Part shown: positions 13,193 to 26,303 of the stretch, piece after piece | How the letters are laid out: every line of letters starts with the position of its first letter | Position numbering within the stretch: position 1 is the stretch's first letter | Source of the DNA: the human T2T-CHM13v2.0 reference genome, Homo sapiens | Length of the DNA: 64,000 bases | Assembly (NCBI RefSeq): GCF_009914755.1 | Contig: NC_060925.1 | Strand: one strand, 5' to 3' | Notes under the pieces: generated by a model | What the model was told of the DNA's origin: nothing | The model's input: the letters and a program-made list of their open reading frames with translations, nothing else | Database searches by the model: none | Translations under genes and position numbers: made by a program

Positions 13193-14177
13193 TTTAAACC
13201 ATTATCTATTTTCATTTTGAATTTCTTTATTTATGGTTAGCCAATCAGGAGGAATTGAGCTAAAAACAGGTGATCCTGTGATTGAAGCCTAAATGGGATG
13301 CCACCAGCAAGAAATCAATCCATCATAGAACTGGCTATGAAGGCACCCAAATGTGGAGCAAAGTTTGTATAGAATAAGAAAGGAGAACAATATTAACACA
13401 AATGTGGCCTGTTTTATATTCAGGGTCAGGCCTGGAATTCATAACAATGACAAGGTCATTTTCCTACCCATTCTTCACCCTGCACATCCAATGCTGCCTC
13501 ATGTCTCTGTCTCACTGCCTCCCTGATTTTCTTGTCCTTGTCATGGACTTTTGCCATGCTTTTTTTTTTTTTTTTTTTTTGCTTTGGTTGTTGGAGTAAA
13601 ATCTAAATTATATTATGTGGCAAATTCTGGCCCAATTTATAGATACTCCTTGGTTCCCCTTTTATCTGAGTTGAGAGGTCTTATTCTTTTCATAAAAATG
13701 GTTATCCTACCTAAAATTTTACTGACTAATCAAGTGCATCATTTTATGGTAAAACACCAGATAGACTATGTTACTTAAATTCAAGTGATCTTGAATTATC
13801 TTCATTTCAATGTTTAAACATTTAGGGAAACAAGATCTCTGAAGGATTTCATGAAGGGTAAGGTATCTATCCATTTATCTAGGTGAGAAAGTTCTAAATG
13901 TATTCTAAGAACTTCTGTTCTCTTAAACACTCTGAATAAAATGAACTTTTGAACAGAAGCTACATGTAGGAAATCTGTGCATATACCACAGCTTCTCTGG
14001 AACATCTGCAAGCACATCAGTACAATAAGACACTGAGAATTTAGCAACCAGCAAAATAAAGAAATTATTTTTAGACACTGTAAATACCATTCTAGGCATT
14101 TAAAAATCTACTTTGGTATTAAGTTAAATCATCAGAAATCTACATGCTTGTTCTAAGTCGCATTAGATACTACCTAA

Positions 14178-14385
14178 ACACATATTGAACAGTGACTGTT
14201 AACCAGACACTACTCTAAGTACTTTATTGTGTTATCTCACATGCTTTTTATTTACTTTTCTCAGTAAAACTAAAAGGAAAATACGATTATTTTTCAATTT
14301 TATAGGTAAGGGAACCAAGGTATGTAGATGTCAATCAGTTTGCCCAGGGGTGCGTAGGTGGGAATCTAGTTTGTCAGATTCAGGG
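14178..14385 (-). mobile_element. MIR
   Basis: CATATTGAACAG...CCAGACACTACTCTAAGTACTTTA...TTTTATAGGTAAGGGAACCAAGG...TTGCCCAGGG. Confidence 0.65.
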
Positions 14386-15009
14386 CTTGTGAAATCAAAT
14401 AAAATACTTTGGTATTTTTTTTCCCATTTGTTTAGTTTAATGCCACCAGGTTATTTTGTTGTATTTTTTTAAACGGACTAGGAATACTAACAGAAATATT
14501 TATTAATTTACCCCTTGTTTCTCTACCCACCTCCCAGAAAGAGGCACTGAATTAAATTAACTTCTCTTTCAATATCAGTAAGGATTATGCTTTTCCTGAA
14601 TGACCATTTTTATTTTTATCTTATGGAAACTATGAGGCAGGACATTGATAGCATTTCCATTTTCTATGTTGGCGCTGGAAGGATTAGAGCTAACAAGCGA
14701 ATAGTACTACATACGCTGTTCTAAGAATATTCTTGGAATCTTCAGTGTTTTTGCATTGTAAGTACAATGGTGAATAGAGAGAAATGAACTGTTTTGGCTT
14801 GGATAAAACTGTAGTCACCAAACTGCAGCTAAAGGGAAATAAGCTGGCTGAAAAAAACTGTTAGATTCATAGATTTTAGCGTTGTTGAAGTTGTAGAAAT
14901 TTTTAGCCTGAATATTTCATACAGAGTAAAATAGATTCTTTATTTTCTTTTAGAGAGATCATGACAGGAACATCACAGCAAAACTAAGTCTGTTTAAATA
15001 TCTTTTCAA

Positions 15010-15290
15010 TTAAACAAGTCTTATTTGTCAGATGTGTCAGGTAATGTGGTATGTTCTGTCAAAACTCAAATATGACAAGGTCTCTGATCTCAAGGACTTT
15101 AGAGTTTATTGGGAGATATGAACAACTAAATCAACAACTATGCATAGTGGGAAACAAGGTGAAAAATGCAACATCTTAACAGCTGGCGCCACAAGTTATT
15201 TCAGGTCACTCTGCTTTTGTTTAGAGAAATACCTAAGTAATAATTTTGGGGTTGAAGATGAGACACAAGTACAGCAAAGGAAAAATCAAC
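15010..15290 (-). mobile_element. L2 fragment
   Basis: ATGTGTCAGGTAATGTG...ACAAGGTCTCTGATCTCAAGGACTTTAGAGTTTATTGGGAGA. Confidence 0.55.
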
Positions 15291-15461
15291 TTTTCTACAT
15301 TAGAAATAATAGAAATTTAAAAAGAAGAAAAAGAGAAATGAAGAGAGAGAAGTGAGAAATATGTGTACACCTTATTAAATACGGAAATGACTGATCAAAT
15401 TTTTATGACAAGAGTATGGAGCAATGAATTTAACTTCTTTCTCTTGCTGAACTATACATCT

Positions 15462-15820
15462 CTATCAGCTAAGACTTTTGTAGGCAGAGGCTCAAGCTAA
15501 TTTTTGCAGAAAAAAAGGAATTTAATGGTTCATAGAAATGACAAGCTCATGGGTTGACCTCAAACATCATCTGACCTCAGGGGCATAAACAACATCGTTA
15601 GTAACATTTTCTTCTGGTAGGGCTCCTTCCTTTCACCTCTGTTTGTGCCTGTCCTCTTGCAAGCTAGGTATAGCAGCTCAATCCACAGTGTCTTAGATTC
15701 AAATCCAGCAGGAAAGAAGAATATATGCCATGCAGCTCCCACATAAATCCTAAGGTTCACTCTGTCAATTTCTGAAGCCAACACTCTGACTGAAGAATTT
15801 TCATGCTCTGATTTGCTGGG
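15462..15820 (-). mobile_element. Old MaLR LTR (MLT1J/K-like)
   Basis: TATCAGCTAAGACTTTTGTAGGCAGAGGCTCAAGCTAATTTTTGCAGAAAAAAAGGAATTTAATGGTTCAT. Confidence 0.5.
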
Positions 15821-16021
15821 GAAACCAAATGTAAATGTTGTTTTAAGTTAACTTTTTAAATGAAAAATATCACTTGAAAATGTATACCAATTGCAACCCG
15901 AGGACTTCTGGCCTGACTTTAAAGCTCAAATATTTGCAGTAATGATTCAGACACATTATTATAGTGATCTTTATAGGAGAAAACTACAGAAAATGGTATT
16001 TTCATGGAATCTTATTAAAAT

Positions 16022-16895
<874 letters not shown>

Positions 16896-17351
16896 TACTA
16901 CAAACAGATACAGGGATTGGGCAGGGAGGTGGGGGAGAGTGTAGTTGGAACTACCATTAAAAGAGATATTGTTTGGAAAGAGTTTCAGGTAAAATAGAAT
17001 GCAAAAAAAGAAACTGAGGCTTAATAAGAAAGGCTAAAATGCTTTTTTTAAGTTTAAATAATGTTGCATACCTGAATACAAATTTTTAAAAAAGTGTTCT
17101 TCAAAGAGCAGTTATATCATATAAGTAACGATAATTGATGGCCATCATCTGGATTTTAACTTCAGATTACGAAAAAAAAAAAAAAGAAATACAAATTGGG
17201 CAACTTTGGAAAAGTACAGTAGATTGAAGAAAAAAAGTGATTCAATTTTCTTATCTTATAAAAATGGAAACCAATGATAGCATTTCACATTTATTTAGAT
17301 AAGTGCATAATTAGGATGAGAAAGATTTGGGAAAATTGAAATAAAAGATTG

Positions 17352-17657
17352 AGACTGGGCATGGTAGCTCACGCCTGTAATCCTAGAATTTGAGGAGGTT
17401 GATGCGAAAGGATTGCTTGAGGCCAGGAGTTTGAGAACAGCTTGGGTAAAACAGTGGGACTCCCATCTCTACAAAAAAGTTTTAAAAATTAGGTGGGCCT
17501 GGCAGAGTGCGCCTATACCCCGAGCTTATTCAGGAGCTGAAGCAAGAGGATACCTTGAACACAAGAGTTAGAGGCTGCAGTGAGCCATGATCCTGCCACT
17601 GCATTCCAGCCTTTGTCTCCAATAAATAAATAAATAAATAACTAAATAAATGAATAA
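17352..17657 (+). mobile_element. AluJ with (AATA)n tail
   Basis: AGGATTGCTTGAGGCCAGGAGTTTGAG and GAGGCTGCAGTGAGCCATGATC, with a short deletion before the tail. Confidence 0.9.
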
Positions 17658-17784
17658 AGTTCAGAACTAAGATTTCTGAGGGGGGAAAAAAAAGACTGCT
17701 ATTACAAGAAAAATATGATACAAGAGCTGGTAAAAGTTTTTAAAAACAAACTGAATACACTGTTGATAATCATTGTCACCGTAA

Positions 17785-17930
17785 CATTTCCATGAGTGAT
17801 ACTATGTACTAGATCATCCTAAGACTTTTTTATGTATTATCTGCTTCTCACAACAACCAAATACGATAAGGTCTATGATCATTTTTACTATAAAGATGAA
17901 GAAATTAAGACTGAAAGTCACAAAGCAACC
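17785..17930 (-). mobile_element. MIR fragment
   Basis: TACTATGTACTAG...CTTCTCACAACAACC...ATAAAGATGAAGAAATTAAG. Confidence 0.6.
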
Positions 17931-17944
17931 GTGGATGGCATTAT

Positions 17945-18495
17945 AGTGTCTCCCTGATGACTTTCCTACCCTGCCTCATGAAGTAGAAGCCATGAGATTT
18001 GGCTGAAATTTATTCCACCATTAAACCAGGCTGGGCTCTGATTCATTTAAAGCTAATTAGTATAACCAGACCCATTTTACAGCTGTAGTTGATTCAAATA
18101 ACCCTCCTTGCCCAAGCCAATCAGTTAATTCTTTCACCTTGGTTACAGAAAGTGATGGCCCAATTATTGAAAAATTTGAGTTTCATTTCATTGTGATTGG
18201 AAGAGACACACTCCATCCACTCTCTATGAAAAGGTAAATATGAAGATCTAATCCCCCTGGAGAGCTTTGGTAGCCTTAAGAAAAGCCACTATGAAGGTAG
18301 AACCAAAACATGCAGGGAGACAGAGCTGAGAGAATCCTGGAAAATGGAAGCCAAGTGCACGATGGAACATGCCTGAAGTCTGCCCTGTCTCTGTACTCCC
18401 TGGTTACACCAGTCGACAAATCCTTTTTATTGTGTAAATCAGTTTAAATTTTGTTGTCTCTTACTTTCAGCAGAAACATTTCAGAATGAATCAGC
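17945..18495 (+). mobile_element. Old MaLR LTR (MLT1K-like)
   Basis: 3' end CATGCCTGAAGTCTGCCC...GGTTACACCAGTCGACAAATCCTTTTTATTGTGTAAATCAGTTTAAATTTTG. Confidence 0.55.
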
Positions 18496-18751
18496 TACTA
18501 ACTGGTCCAGCCAAGAGTCTGCCTGAAACTAAAGGTTCTTACAAAAACTATGTAATAAAATGCCTAAAACATAGGAAAATAAAAGGAGATCTAAAATCAC
18601 AAAACATAAGAGATGATAAAAAGAAAAACATCAGTTATAATTATATCTTATGACTCTATAATTGATATATATATTTGTATAATTGTATTAGATGTTATTT
18701 GTGTATAATCTATGACTGTCCACATTAATTATGAGTTTCATAGTCAGAATG

Positions 18752-19545
18752 ACATAATGGAGGAGGGCACAGCTCTGAAGCACAATGTGTAGTTTTGGAT
18801 CCTGGCTGTATCCCTTTCTAGTTGTGACCTTGGGAATGTTACTTAATACATCTAAGCCTTGATTTGCATCTTTAATATGAAAAATGTAATGGTACTAATA
18901 GTGATAGGACACAAATTCCTAGACAGACAGAGATACGTCTTTAGTGAAACTCAACCTTCAAGCCAAGGACAGTCTAATGCCTGAAAACAGAGCTACCATT
19001 TCTGGATAGAATCCAAGGACCAGAGTGAGAATTTCCATCCCTGTCTTACCCACTATCTCTTTATTTGATTTTTCTGAATGATGCCTTTTAACTAATCGAA
19101 TGGTGCCTTTTCCAAGCCCATCCATACACCAATCAGAACGTACTCCCCAATTCTAAGCCTATAAAAAAACTCAGACTCAGCCTCACAGATGGCTACCCAC
19201 TTTCAGGTCTCCCCTAGTTGTTGAGAGCTTTACTGTCACTCAATAAATTCTACTCTGCCTTAACTCTTTTCCAGCATCCGTGTACCTTCTTCCTCTTGGT
19301 CACTAGACAAGAGCCTGGAACTCACTGAACTGTGGGAGTGAAAGAGCTGTAACTCTCCTGCTCTCTGATCTATGGACAGGGGGACTAAAAGAGCTATAAC
19401 ACTCCTGCCTTGCAAACTACAGTAGTAAAAAAGAAACACAAAAGTACCATCAAAAGTTTCTGGTGAAGATTGAATTACCAAAAACATTGAAAGTGCTTAA
19501 AACAGTACCTGCAACATAGTAAGAGCTCAACAAACGTTATTCATT
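18752..19545 (+). mobile_element. MIR split by an ERV1 LTR
   Basis: 5' half GGATCCTGGCTG...TGTGACCTTGGGAATGTTACTTAA at 18752-18901. 3' half GTGAAGATTGAAT...AAAGTGCTTAAAACAGTACCTGCAACATAGTAAGAGCTCAACAAACGTTA at 19441-19545. Confidence 0.75.
18902..19440 (+). mobile_element. ERV1 solo LTR (MER50/MER52 group)
   Basis: TGATAGG start, GTGAAACTCAACCTTCAAGCCAAG, CCAATCAG, TATAAAA box, AATAAA and repeated AAGAGCTGTAAC. Homologous to the MER52 copy at 35-36 kb. Confidence 0.8.
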
Positions 19546-21181
19546 TATGTTCATAATTTGGATTGATAAATTACCCTACTGAAAAATAAATACTTTCAGA
19601 TTGAATTTAAAAGCAATAATAAAATCTCTTGATGCTTAAAAGAGATGAACAAGACAGCAAATAAACTTCAATGCTGAAAATAAAAACAATATACAAATTT
19701 TTATCAAGGAAATCTCAGGGACCCTGTAAACAGTCGTTCTGTTCATATTTGTTGTTGTTTCTTTAGAGGAGGGCATCTAGGCAATAAGAAAACTGGAATG
19801 TGAAATCTATCTACTTTTCTGTTTCCAAAGCTCAGAATTATGTTAATTTTACTGAACCAACTAACAGGAGGGGTGACTTTTTGTCATTTATAGAAAAGCA
19901 TTATAGATAATATTCAGGGGATTCACTAAAATAACAAGACACTCTGTGCAATTGCCTATTGGTATTTGAGTTCCAGTGTAAAACCTAAAATAATTTGTTT
20001 AAAGTTAAAACAGTATAACAACATGACTTTAAAAGTTATTACTTCACATTCCAAGATCAGAGATCCTACCATCTCTGGGGCCTGCCAAAAGTCGATGATA
20101 CAGTCATTTCAGCAGAATCATTCACTTGATTACATAAAGGGAAGATTGGGAAAGAAAAGATGGTGACTTTTGAGGAGAGTGCAGAGTGCCTAAAGGAAGA
20201 TCATTGTGCTTCTCTATCTGCTGTGATAAAGGGGAGAGAGGGACACTTCTCTCTAGCAAAAGATCTGCTTCTTCTGGACTTTGGACACAAGCTTAGGAAA
20301 GAATTGGCAGAGCTGATAGAGAGTGTCATTAGCAGAAGCATGCATTTCCACCATGTGGTTTGAAAAGTACCTATGAAATTTGCTGGGTTTGATGGACGCC
20401 ACTGAGGGGAACCTGACTTGAAGCATCTTACTACTGCCCCTCCTGGAACCACTCTGTGCATAGGAATACTCAACTGATGACAATGAGTGATTTATGACAC
20501 AACTGAAAAGAGAAGGAAGAAGCCGAGCCTATGCTGGGAATTCTATGCCCAGAGTCTGCATAGTGTACAACTTTATAAAACCCCTAAATGTGTCTGACAC
20601 AGAGTTTTCATTTGGACTTGCAGCCTTAGGAAGGAGCAACAGCCTGCAGAAATTCTTGTGATATTTTCAACGTACTTTAAGTGAGACACTGAAAATTTGC
20701 TACTCTCCCAATAATATTACGAATTTTGAAGTCATGACTCATCTTTTCCATTATATAGCTTTATGAAATTCACTTAAAGATGATTATTTAAAAGCGTGTT
20801 TAGTAGGTAAGAATATACAAAGAAGATATTATTAAATGGTTTAATTATATCATGAATCCTTTTATAGTTTAGGAATGTTATTTTTAATTAGCAATTCTAG
20901 ACATGACTGGATGGTGAGAACCAAGATCATAATGCCAGCTGTGTTTGGCTAGCATTAGATGTGATCTTCTGTTGATCTTGGTTTGAGCCTTAATCTTATC
21001 CTCCTTTGTTGCTATTGGATGGTAAAAGCACCATAATGTTGATCGTGCCAAAAAGGAATATTTAAACACTAACACTGCTCAAAGGTCTGAGAACTTAAGC
21101 TAACAAAATTATGGTTCTTTTTTTCCTCTCTTTCTGGCATTTGGTTAAATAGCTTCTAATTACCCAATTTGGGAGAAGTTC

Positions 21182-21697
21182 TGAAACCATGTCCCAAAGA
21201 GTTAAAGCAACCAGTGACTAACAGAAATTCTTGAGTTTGCAGAATGGTGGATAAGAAAGGAAACAACTTGCTAAAACACTGAAACTCCCTCCACTTATGA
21301 GATAAAAGAACTGGCTGAAATCAGTTTGGTCAACTGGAGTTTGTGCAGAAGTAGCTTGCTGACATCATAGCCTGAATTTTCATTGCATGTCTCATACCAA
21401 CTCCCTCCAGAATCTGCACATGCAAATGAGTTAGCATAAAAAAGGTAACTGTGCATGCCCAAGGACTTTCCAGACCTCTCCTTTCCTTCCACCAATAAAA
21501 CCTGATAATCTCAGAATCCAACCCCTGAATCTTTTCTAATGAAAATATAGTCTTGAAGCCAGCACAGGGAGACAGCTTGGAGCTTGACTCCTGTCTCCTC
21601 GGGAGTGGACTTTCAATATAAAGCTTTTCTGTCCTCAAAAACCTGGTATAGTATTGGCTTCTAGCGTATTCAGCAGCAAGCCCCTTTTGCTTGATAA
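21182..21697 (+). mobile_element. ERV1-class solo LTR (MER4-group, subfamily unresolved)
   Basis: TGAAACC start, GGGAGACAGCTTGGAGCTTGACTCCTGTCTCC, polyA region AATATAAAGCTTTTC and an LTR-type 3' end. Confidence 0.7.
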
Positions 21698-21719
21698 AGT
21701 TCCAGGATCCTTCCTGCCA

Positions 21720-22070
21720 GAGGTTTTGCATGTCCCTCTTTTTCCATTGCTTCTCTTGGCCCCTAACATCTGTTCATCTCATTAACTCTTACTCTGTTTT
21801 TCAATTCAAAAACAATAATAGCTTTAAAGAAACATTCCTAACCTTCTCAAATGCATTCGTTTTTCTAATGTATACTTTAATAGAACAATGTACTTCTTCC
21901 TCTCATCTCTCTCACAACATAAATTTACCCTAGTGTGATTTGGTGATAAATATCTGTCACTATACTAGATTGTATATTCAAGTCATGTGGAGAATGTGTC
22001 TGTTTTCGTTCATGATGGTGTCTACATTAAATAATCCAATGTGACAAGAAATATTTGTTCAATGAATGAG
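21720..22070 (+). mobile_element. L2 3' fragment
   Basis: TAACTCTTACTCTGTTTTCAATTC...ACTAGATTGT...AAATATTTGTTCAATGAATGA. Confidence 0.55.
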
Positions 22071-22248
22071 CTCCCTGATGAATGGATAAAATGATGCTCT
22101 GATATGTATGAATGTTGATATTAGACACACTTATCAATTATATGTACTGTAAATAGCATGTAGTAGCATTTCAATGAGTATTTGCTGATTGACAGATTTG
22201 ACTATCAATCCCTGCTCTTATTTCCTTTTGGGATTTGATTATATTCTT

Positions 22249-25200
22249 TGTACCCCTTCCAGCTTTATTAAAGTATAATTGACAAATAAGATTGAATGCA
22301 TTTCTAGTGTACAATTTGATGTTTCAATATGTATATATTGTAAAATTATCAAATCAAGCTAATTAACGTATATATTGTCACACATACTTATTGTTTGAGG
22401 GCCTGAGAATCTTTAAGATGTATTCTCTTAGCAACTTTCAAGTATATAATGAATTAATATTAACTATAATCATCATGCTGTATAATAGATCTCTAGAACA
22501 TATACATCCTGTCTAACAAACTTTGTACTCTTTGACCAACATCTCTCCATTGCCCCTCACCCAGCTCCTGGTAACCACCATTTCATTTTTTGCTTCTATG
22601 AGTTCAGCTTTTTCAGGTTCCACGTATAAGTGACATCAGGCAGTAATCGTTATTCTGTGCCTGACTTATTTCACTTAGCATAATGTCCTCCAGATTTATG
22701 CATGTTGTCTCAAATGGCAGAATTTTCTTCTTTCTACATGCTGGATAGAAATGGCAGTATTTCTATATGATGTCTCAAATGGCAGAATTTCCTTCTTTCT
22801 ATATGCTGGATAGAATATAGAAAGAAGGAAATAAAAAGATAGCATGTGTATATATACATATATATATACACACACACACACTAGATTATCCATTAATCCA
22901 ACAGTGAACACTTAGGCCAATTTCATATCTTGGCTATTGTGAATAATGGAATCATTATTCACAATGAATGTGAATATGCAAATATCTCTTCAAGATCCTG
23001 TTTTCAATTCTGTTGAATATATATCCAGAAGTAGAATTGCTGAAACATACAATTATATTTTAAATTTTCTGAGTAACGTCCATACTGTTTTCCCTGATGG
23101 TTATATTGATTTACATATCCACCAACATTGTACAAAGTGTTCCCTTTTCTCCACATCCTCATCAACACTTATTTTTTAAGAACAGCCACTCTAACAGGTT
23201 TGAGGTGATATCTCAATGTGGTTTTAATTTGCATTCTCTGATGATTAGTGATGTTGAACCTTTCTGTTGGCCATTTTTGTGTCTTTTTTGTTGTTGTAGA
23301 GAATTGTCTATTCAGGTCCTTTGCCCTTTTTGCATTGTTATTTATTTTTCTCACTGTTGAGTTGTTTGAGTTCCTTACATATTTTTGATAGTAGCCCTAG
23401 TCAGATGCATGGTTTGCAGATATTTTCTTAAATTACGTAGATTGTCTCTTCACTCAGTTGATTGTTTCCTTTGCTGTGCAGATGCTTTTAATTTTGATGC
23501 AATCTTTTTTGTCAATTTTTACCTGTGTTTTTGGGGTTATATCTGAAAAATCATTTTTTCCACAGCAATGTCAAGAAGATTAAAAAAATTTTTTTTCTCA
23601 TAGTTTTATATGTTCAGGTCTTACTCTTAAGTCTTTGATAATTTTTAAAGTAGTTTTTGTATATAGTGTCAGATAAAAGTCGAATTTTATTCTTCAGCAT
23701 GTTGACATCTAGTTTTCCCAACACCATTCATTGAGGAGACTCTCCTTTCCCCATCATGTATTCTTGGCATCTTCCTTGAAATTCAATAGACCGTAAATGA
23801 GTGGGTTTGTTTTTGGACTTTCTATCCTGTTTTATTGGTTGATATATCTGTTTTTATGCCAGTACCATGTTGTTTTGAGTACTATAGCTCTGTAGTGTAT
23901 TTTAAAATAATATAGTACAATGCCCCCTACTTTATTCTTTTTGTTCAAGATTGCTATGGCTATTTGGGTTCTTGTATGGTTCCACATACATTTCAGTATT
24001 TTTTCTGTTTATTTTCTTTTTTCTTTCTTTTTTCTTTTTTTTCTTTAAAATGCCACTTTAAATGCCACTTTAAAATGATACTTTAAAAAGTATCATTTCT
24101 TTAAAATGATACTTTTCATCATTAAGTATGATGATGAACTTCTCATGTATAGCTTTTATTATGTTTATGTACATTCCTTCTATATCTAATTTGTTGAGAG
24201 TCTTTATTATAACAGGATGTTAAATTTTTTCAAATGCTTTTTCTGTACCTATTTAATTTATTCTTCATTGTGTTAATGTATCACACTTAATTGATTTGCA
24301 TGTACTGAACCATCTTTGTAACCCAGTGATAAATCCCATTGATCATGGTGTATGATCCTTTTAATGTGCTTTTGAATTCAATTTGGTAGTACTTTATTGA
24401 GGATTTTTACATTTTTGTTCATCAGGGATATAATCCTGTAATTTTCCTTTTTAGTAGTGTCCTTGTCTGGTTTGGGTGTCAGGGTAATGATGGCCTTGAA
24501 AAATGAATTTGGAAGTATTGTCTCTTCTTCAATTTTTTGAAAGAGCTTGAGAATAATTGGAGTTAATTCTTCTTCAAATGTTTGGTAGAATTAACCTATG
24601 AAGCCATCAGGTCCTAGGTGTTTCTTTGTTGGGAAGTTTTTGAGTACTGATTCAATCTCCTTACATGTTATCTAATGTCTATTCAGATTTCCCATTTCTT
24701 TATAAATTGGTTTTAATAGGTTTTATGTTTCTAGGAATTTATTCATCTCTTCTGGATAAACTGGGTTATCCAATTTGTTGGAATATAATTGTTTATGATC
24801 GTCTCTTTTGATCCCTTGTATTTCTGTGTTATTGTTACAGGAAAGGGGTCCCGATCCAGACCCCAAGAGAGGGTTCTTGGATCTCGTGCAAGAAAGAATT
24901 CAGGGTGAGTCCATATAGTAAAGTGAAAGCAAGTTTATTAGAAAAGTAAAGGAATAAAATAATGGCTACTTCATAGACAGAGCAGCCCTGAGGGCTGCTG
25001 TTTGCCCGTTTTTATGATTATTTCTTTATGATGATATGCTAAACAATGGGTGGATTATTTATGCCTCCCCTTTTTAGACCATATAGGGTAACTTCCTGAT
25101 GTTGCTGTGGCATTTGTAAACTGTCGTGGCACTGATCGGAGTGTAGTAGTGAGGACGATCACAGGTCACTCTCATTGCCATCTTGGGTTTGGTGGGTTTT

Positions 25201-26303
25201 AGCCAGCTTCTTTACTGCAACTTGTTTTATTAGCAAAGTCTTTATGACCTGTATTTTGTGCTGATCTCCTGCCTCATCCTGTGACTTAGAATGCCTTAAC
25301 CATTTGGGAATGCAGCCCAGTAGGTCTTAGCCTCATTTTTACCCAGCTCCTATCCAAGATGGAGTTGCTCTTGTTCACAGGCCTCTGACAGTATCAGTTA
25401 TAATGTTTTCTTTTTCATTTATAATTTTATTTATTTGAGTCTTTGTTCTCTGTTTCTTAGTTAGTCCAGCAGAAGGTTTGCCAACTTTGTTTATCTTTAT
25501 AAAAAACAGTTTACAGGTGCTGGCCTGGGGGTTAGGATTGCAGGGGCTGCCCTGGAGCCTGGGCCACAGGGGTGGGCCTGCCACTGAGGTGGGCCTGGAG
25601 GCTTGGTTTGCAAGGGCCAAACTGGACCCTGGGTCTGCTGGAGTATGTAGGGAAGGGGGCTAGCTTGGATACTGGGCTCACAGGGGCCAGCCTGGTACTT
25701 AATGGGTCTGGAGCTTGTATTCATGGAGAGTGGTCTAGAACCTGAGTTTGTGGGTGGTTAACTGGACTGAGTTCTGTGGGGGCTGGCCTGGTGTTGAGGT
25801 GGGCCTGGAGGCTAGGTCTTTAGGAAATGGCCCATCACTGGGATTTTTTTGGACAAAACCTAAATCCTGGATCTCCTGGAGCATGGGGCTGAAGAGGTGG
25901 GGCTGAAGCCTGGAAATATAGGGGCTGGCCTAGAGATGAGGCCGTGGGTGCTGGCCTAGAACATGGGGTTGTGGAGGCTAGCCAGGTGCAGGGTTTCATG
26001 AGGGCAGGCCCGGTGCTAGGATCCACCACAAAGTCAGGTTCTCACTAACTTCACTCTCCTTCCCCTACAACATAAAGCATCCCTCTCTTTGAATGATGCC
26101 ACCCAGGCTTGGGGGAGGAGTGACACTGGTAATATGAAACTCTTTTTCCTATCCTCTTCAATGAGTCTTTTCTTATGTCTGTGCTCTACTCAAGTGCTGC
26201 TATCTCTCACCATTTAGCCCTTGTGAAGATATTTTCACACATACTTGTTCAAATTGATGTTTCTCTGAGGAGACACTGAAAGTCCAATTCAGCCATCTTG
26301 CTC
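22249..26303 (-). mobile_element. L1MA (MA8/MA9-like) with both termini, internally deleted, interrupted by MER41A
   Basis: L1MA 3' UTR at 22.26 kb and ORF2 remnants (QRMQIKTTLRYHLKPVRVA; FFIKINKVGKPSAGLTKK). GC-rich repetitive 5' UTR at 25.51-26.3 kb ends in a YY1 motif (CAAGATGGC on the - strand, 26292-26300). TSD TGATTA(T/C)ATTCTT at 22236-22248 and 26304-26316. Confidence 0.88.
24833..25390 (-). mobile_element. MER41A solo LTR (ERV1)
   Basis: Reverse complement runs TGTCAGAGGCCTGTGAACAAGAGCAACTCCATCTTG...GGATCGGGACCCCTTTCCTGTAACA, 558 bp. 4-bp TSD (T/G)TAT. Confidence 0.92.

Noticed and set aside
21420-21427. Octamer ATGCAAAT in an ERV1 LTR
   Set aside because: A lone 8-mer with no adjacent SOX site. 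It also occurs elsewhere in this AT-rich window (e.g. ~13030, ~22976), so it is expected by chance.
25510-26030. GC-rich repetitive tract resembling a promoter or repeat-spacer array
   Set aside because: Degenerate repeats of an old L1 5' UTR, almost CpG-free, with no constant repeat and unique spacer structure.
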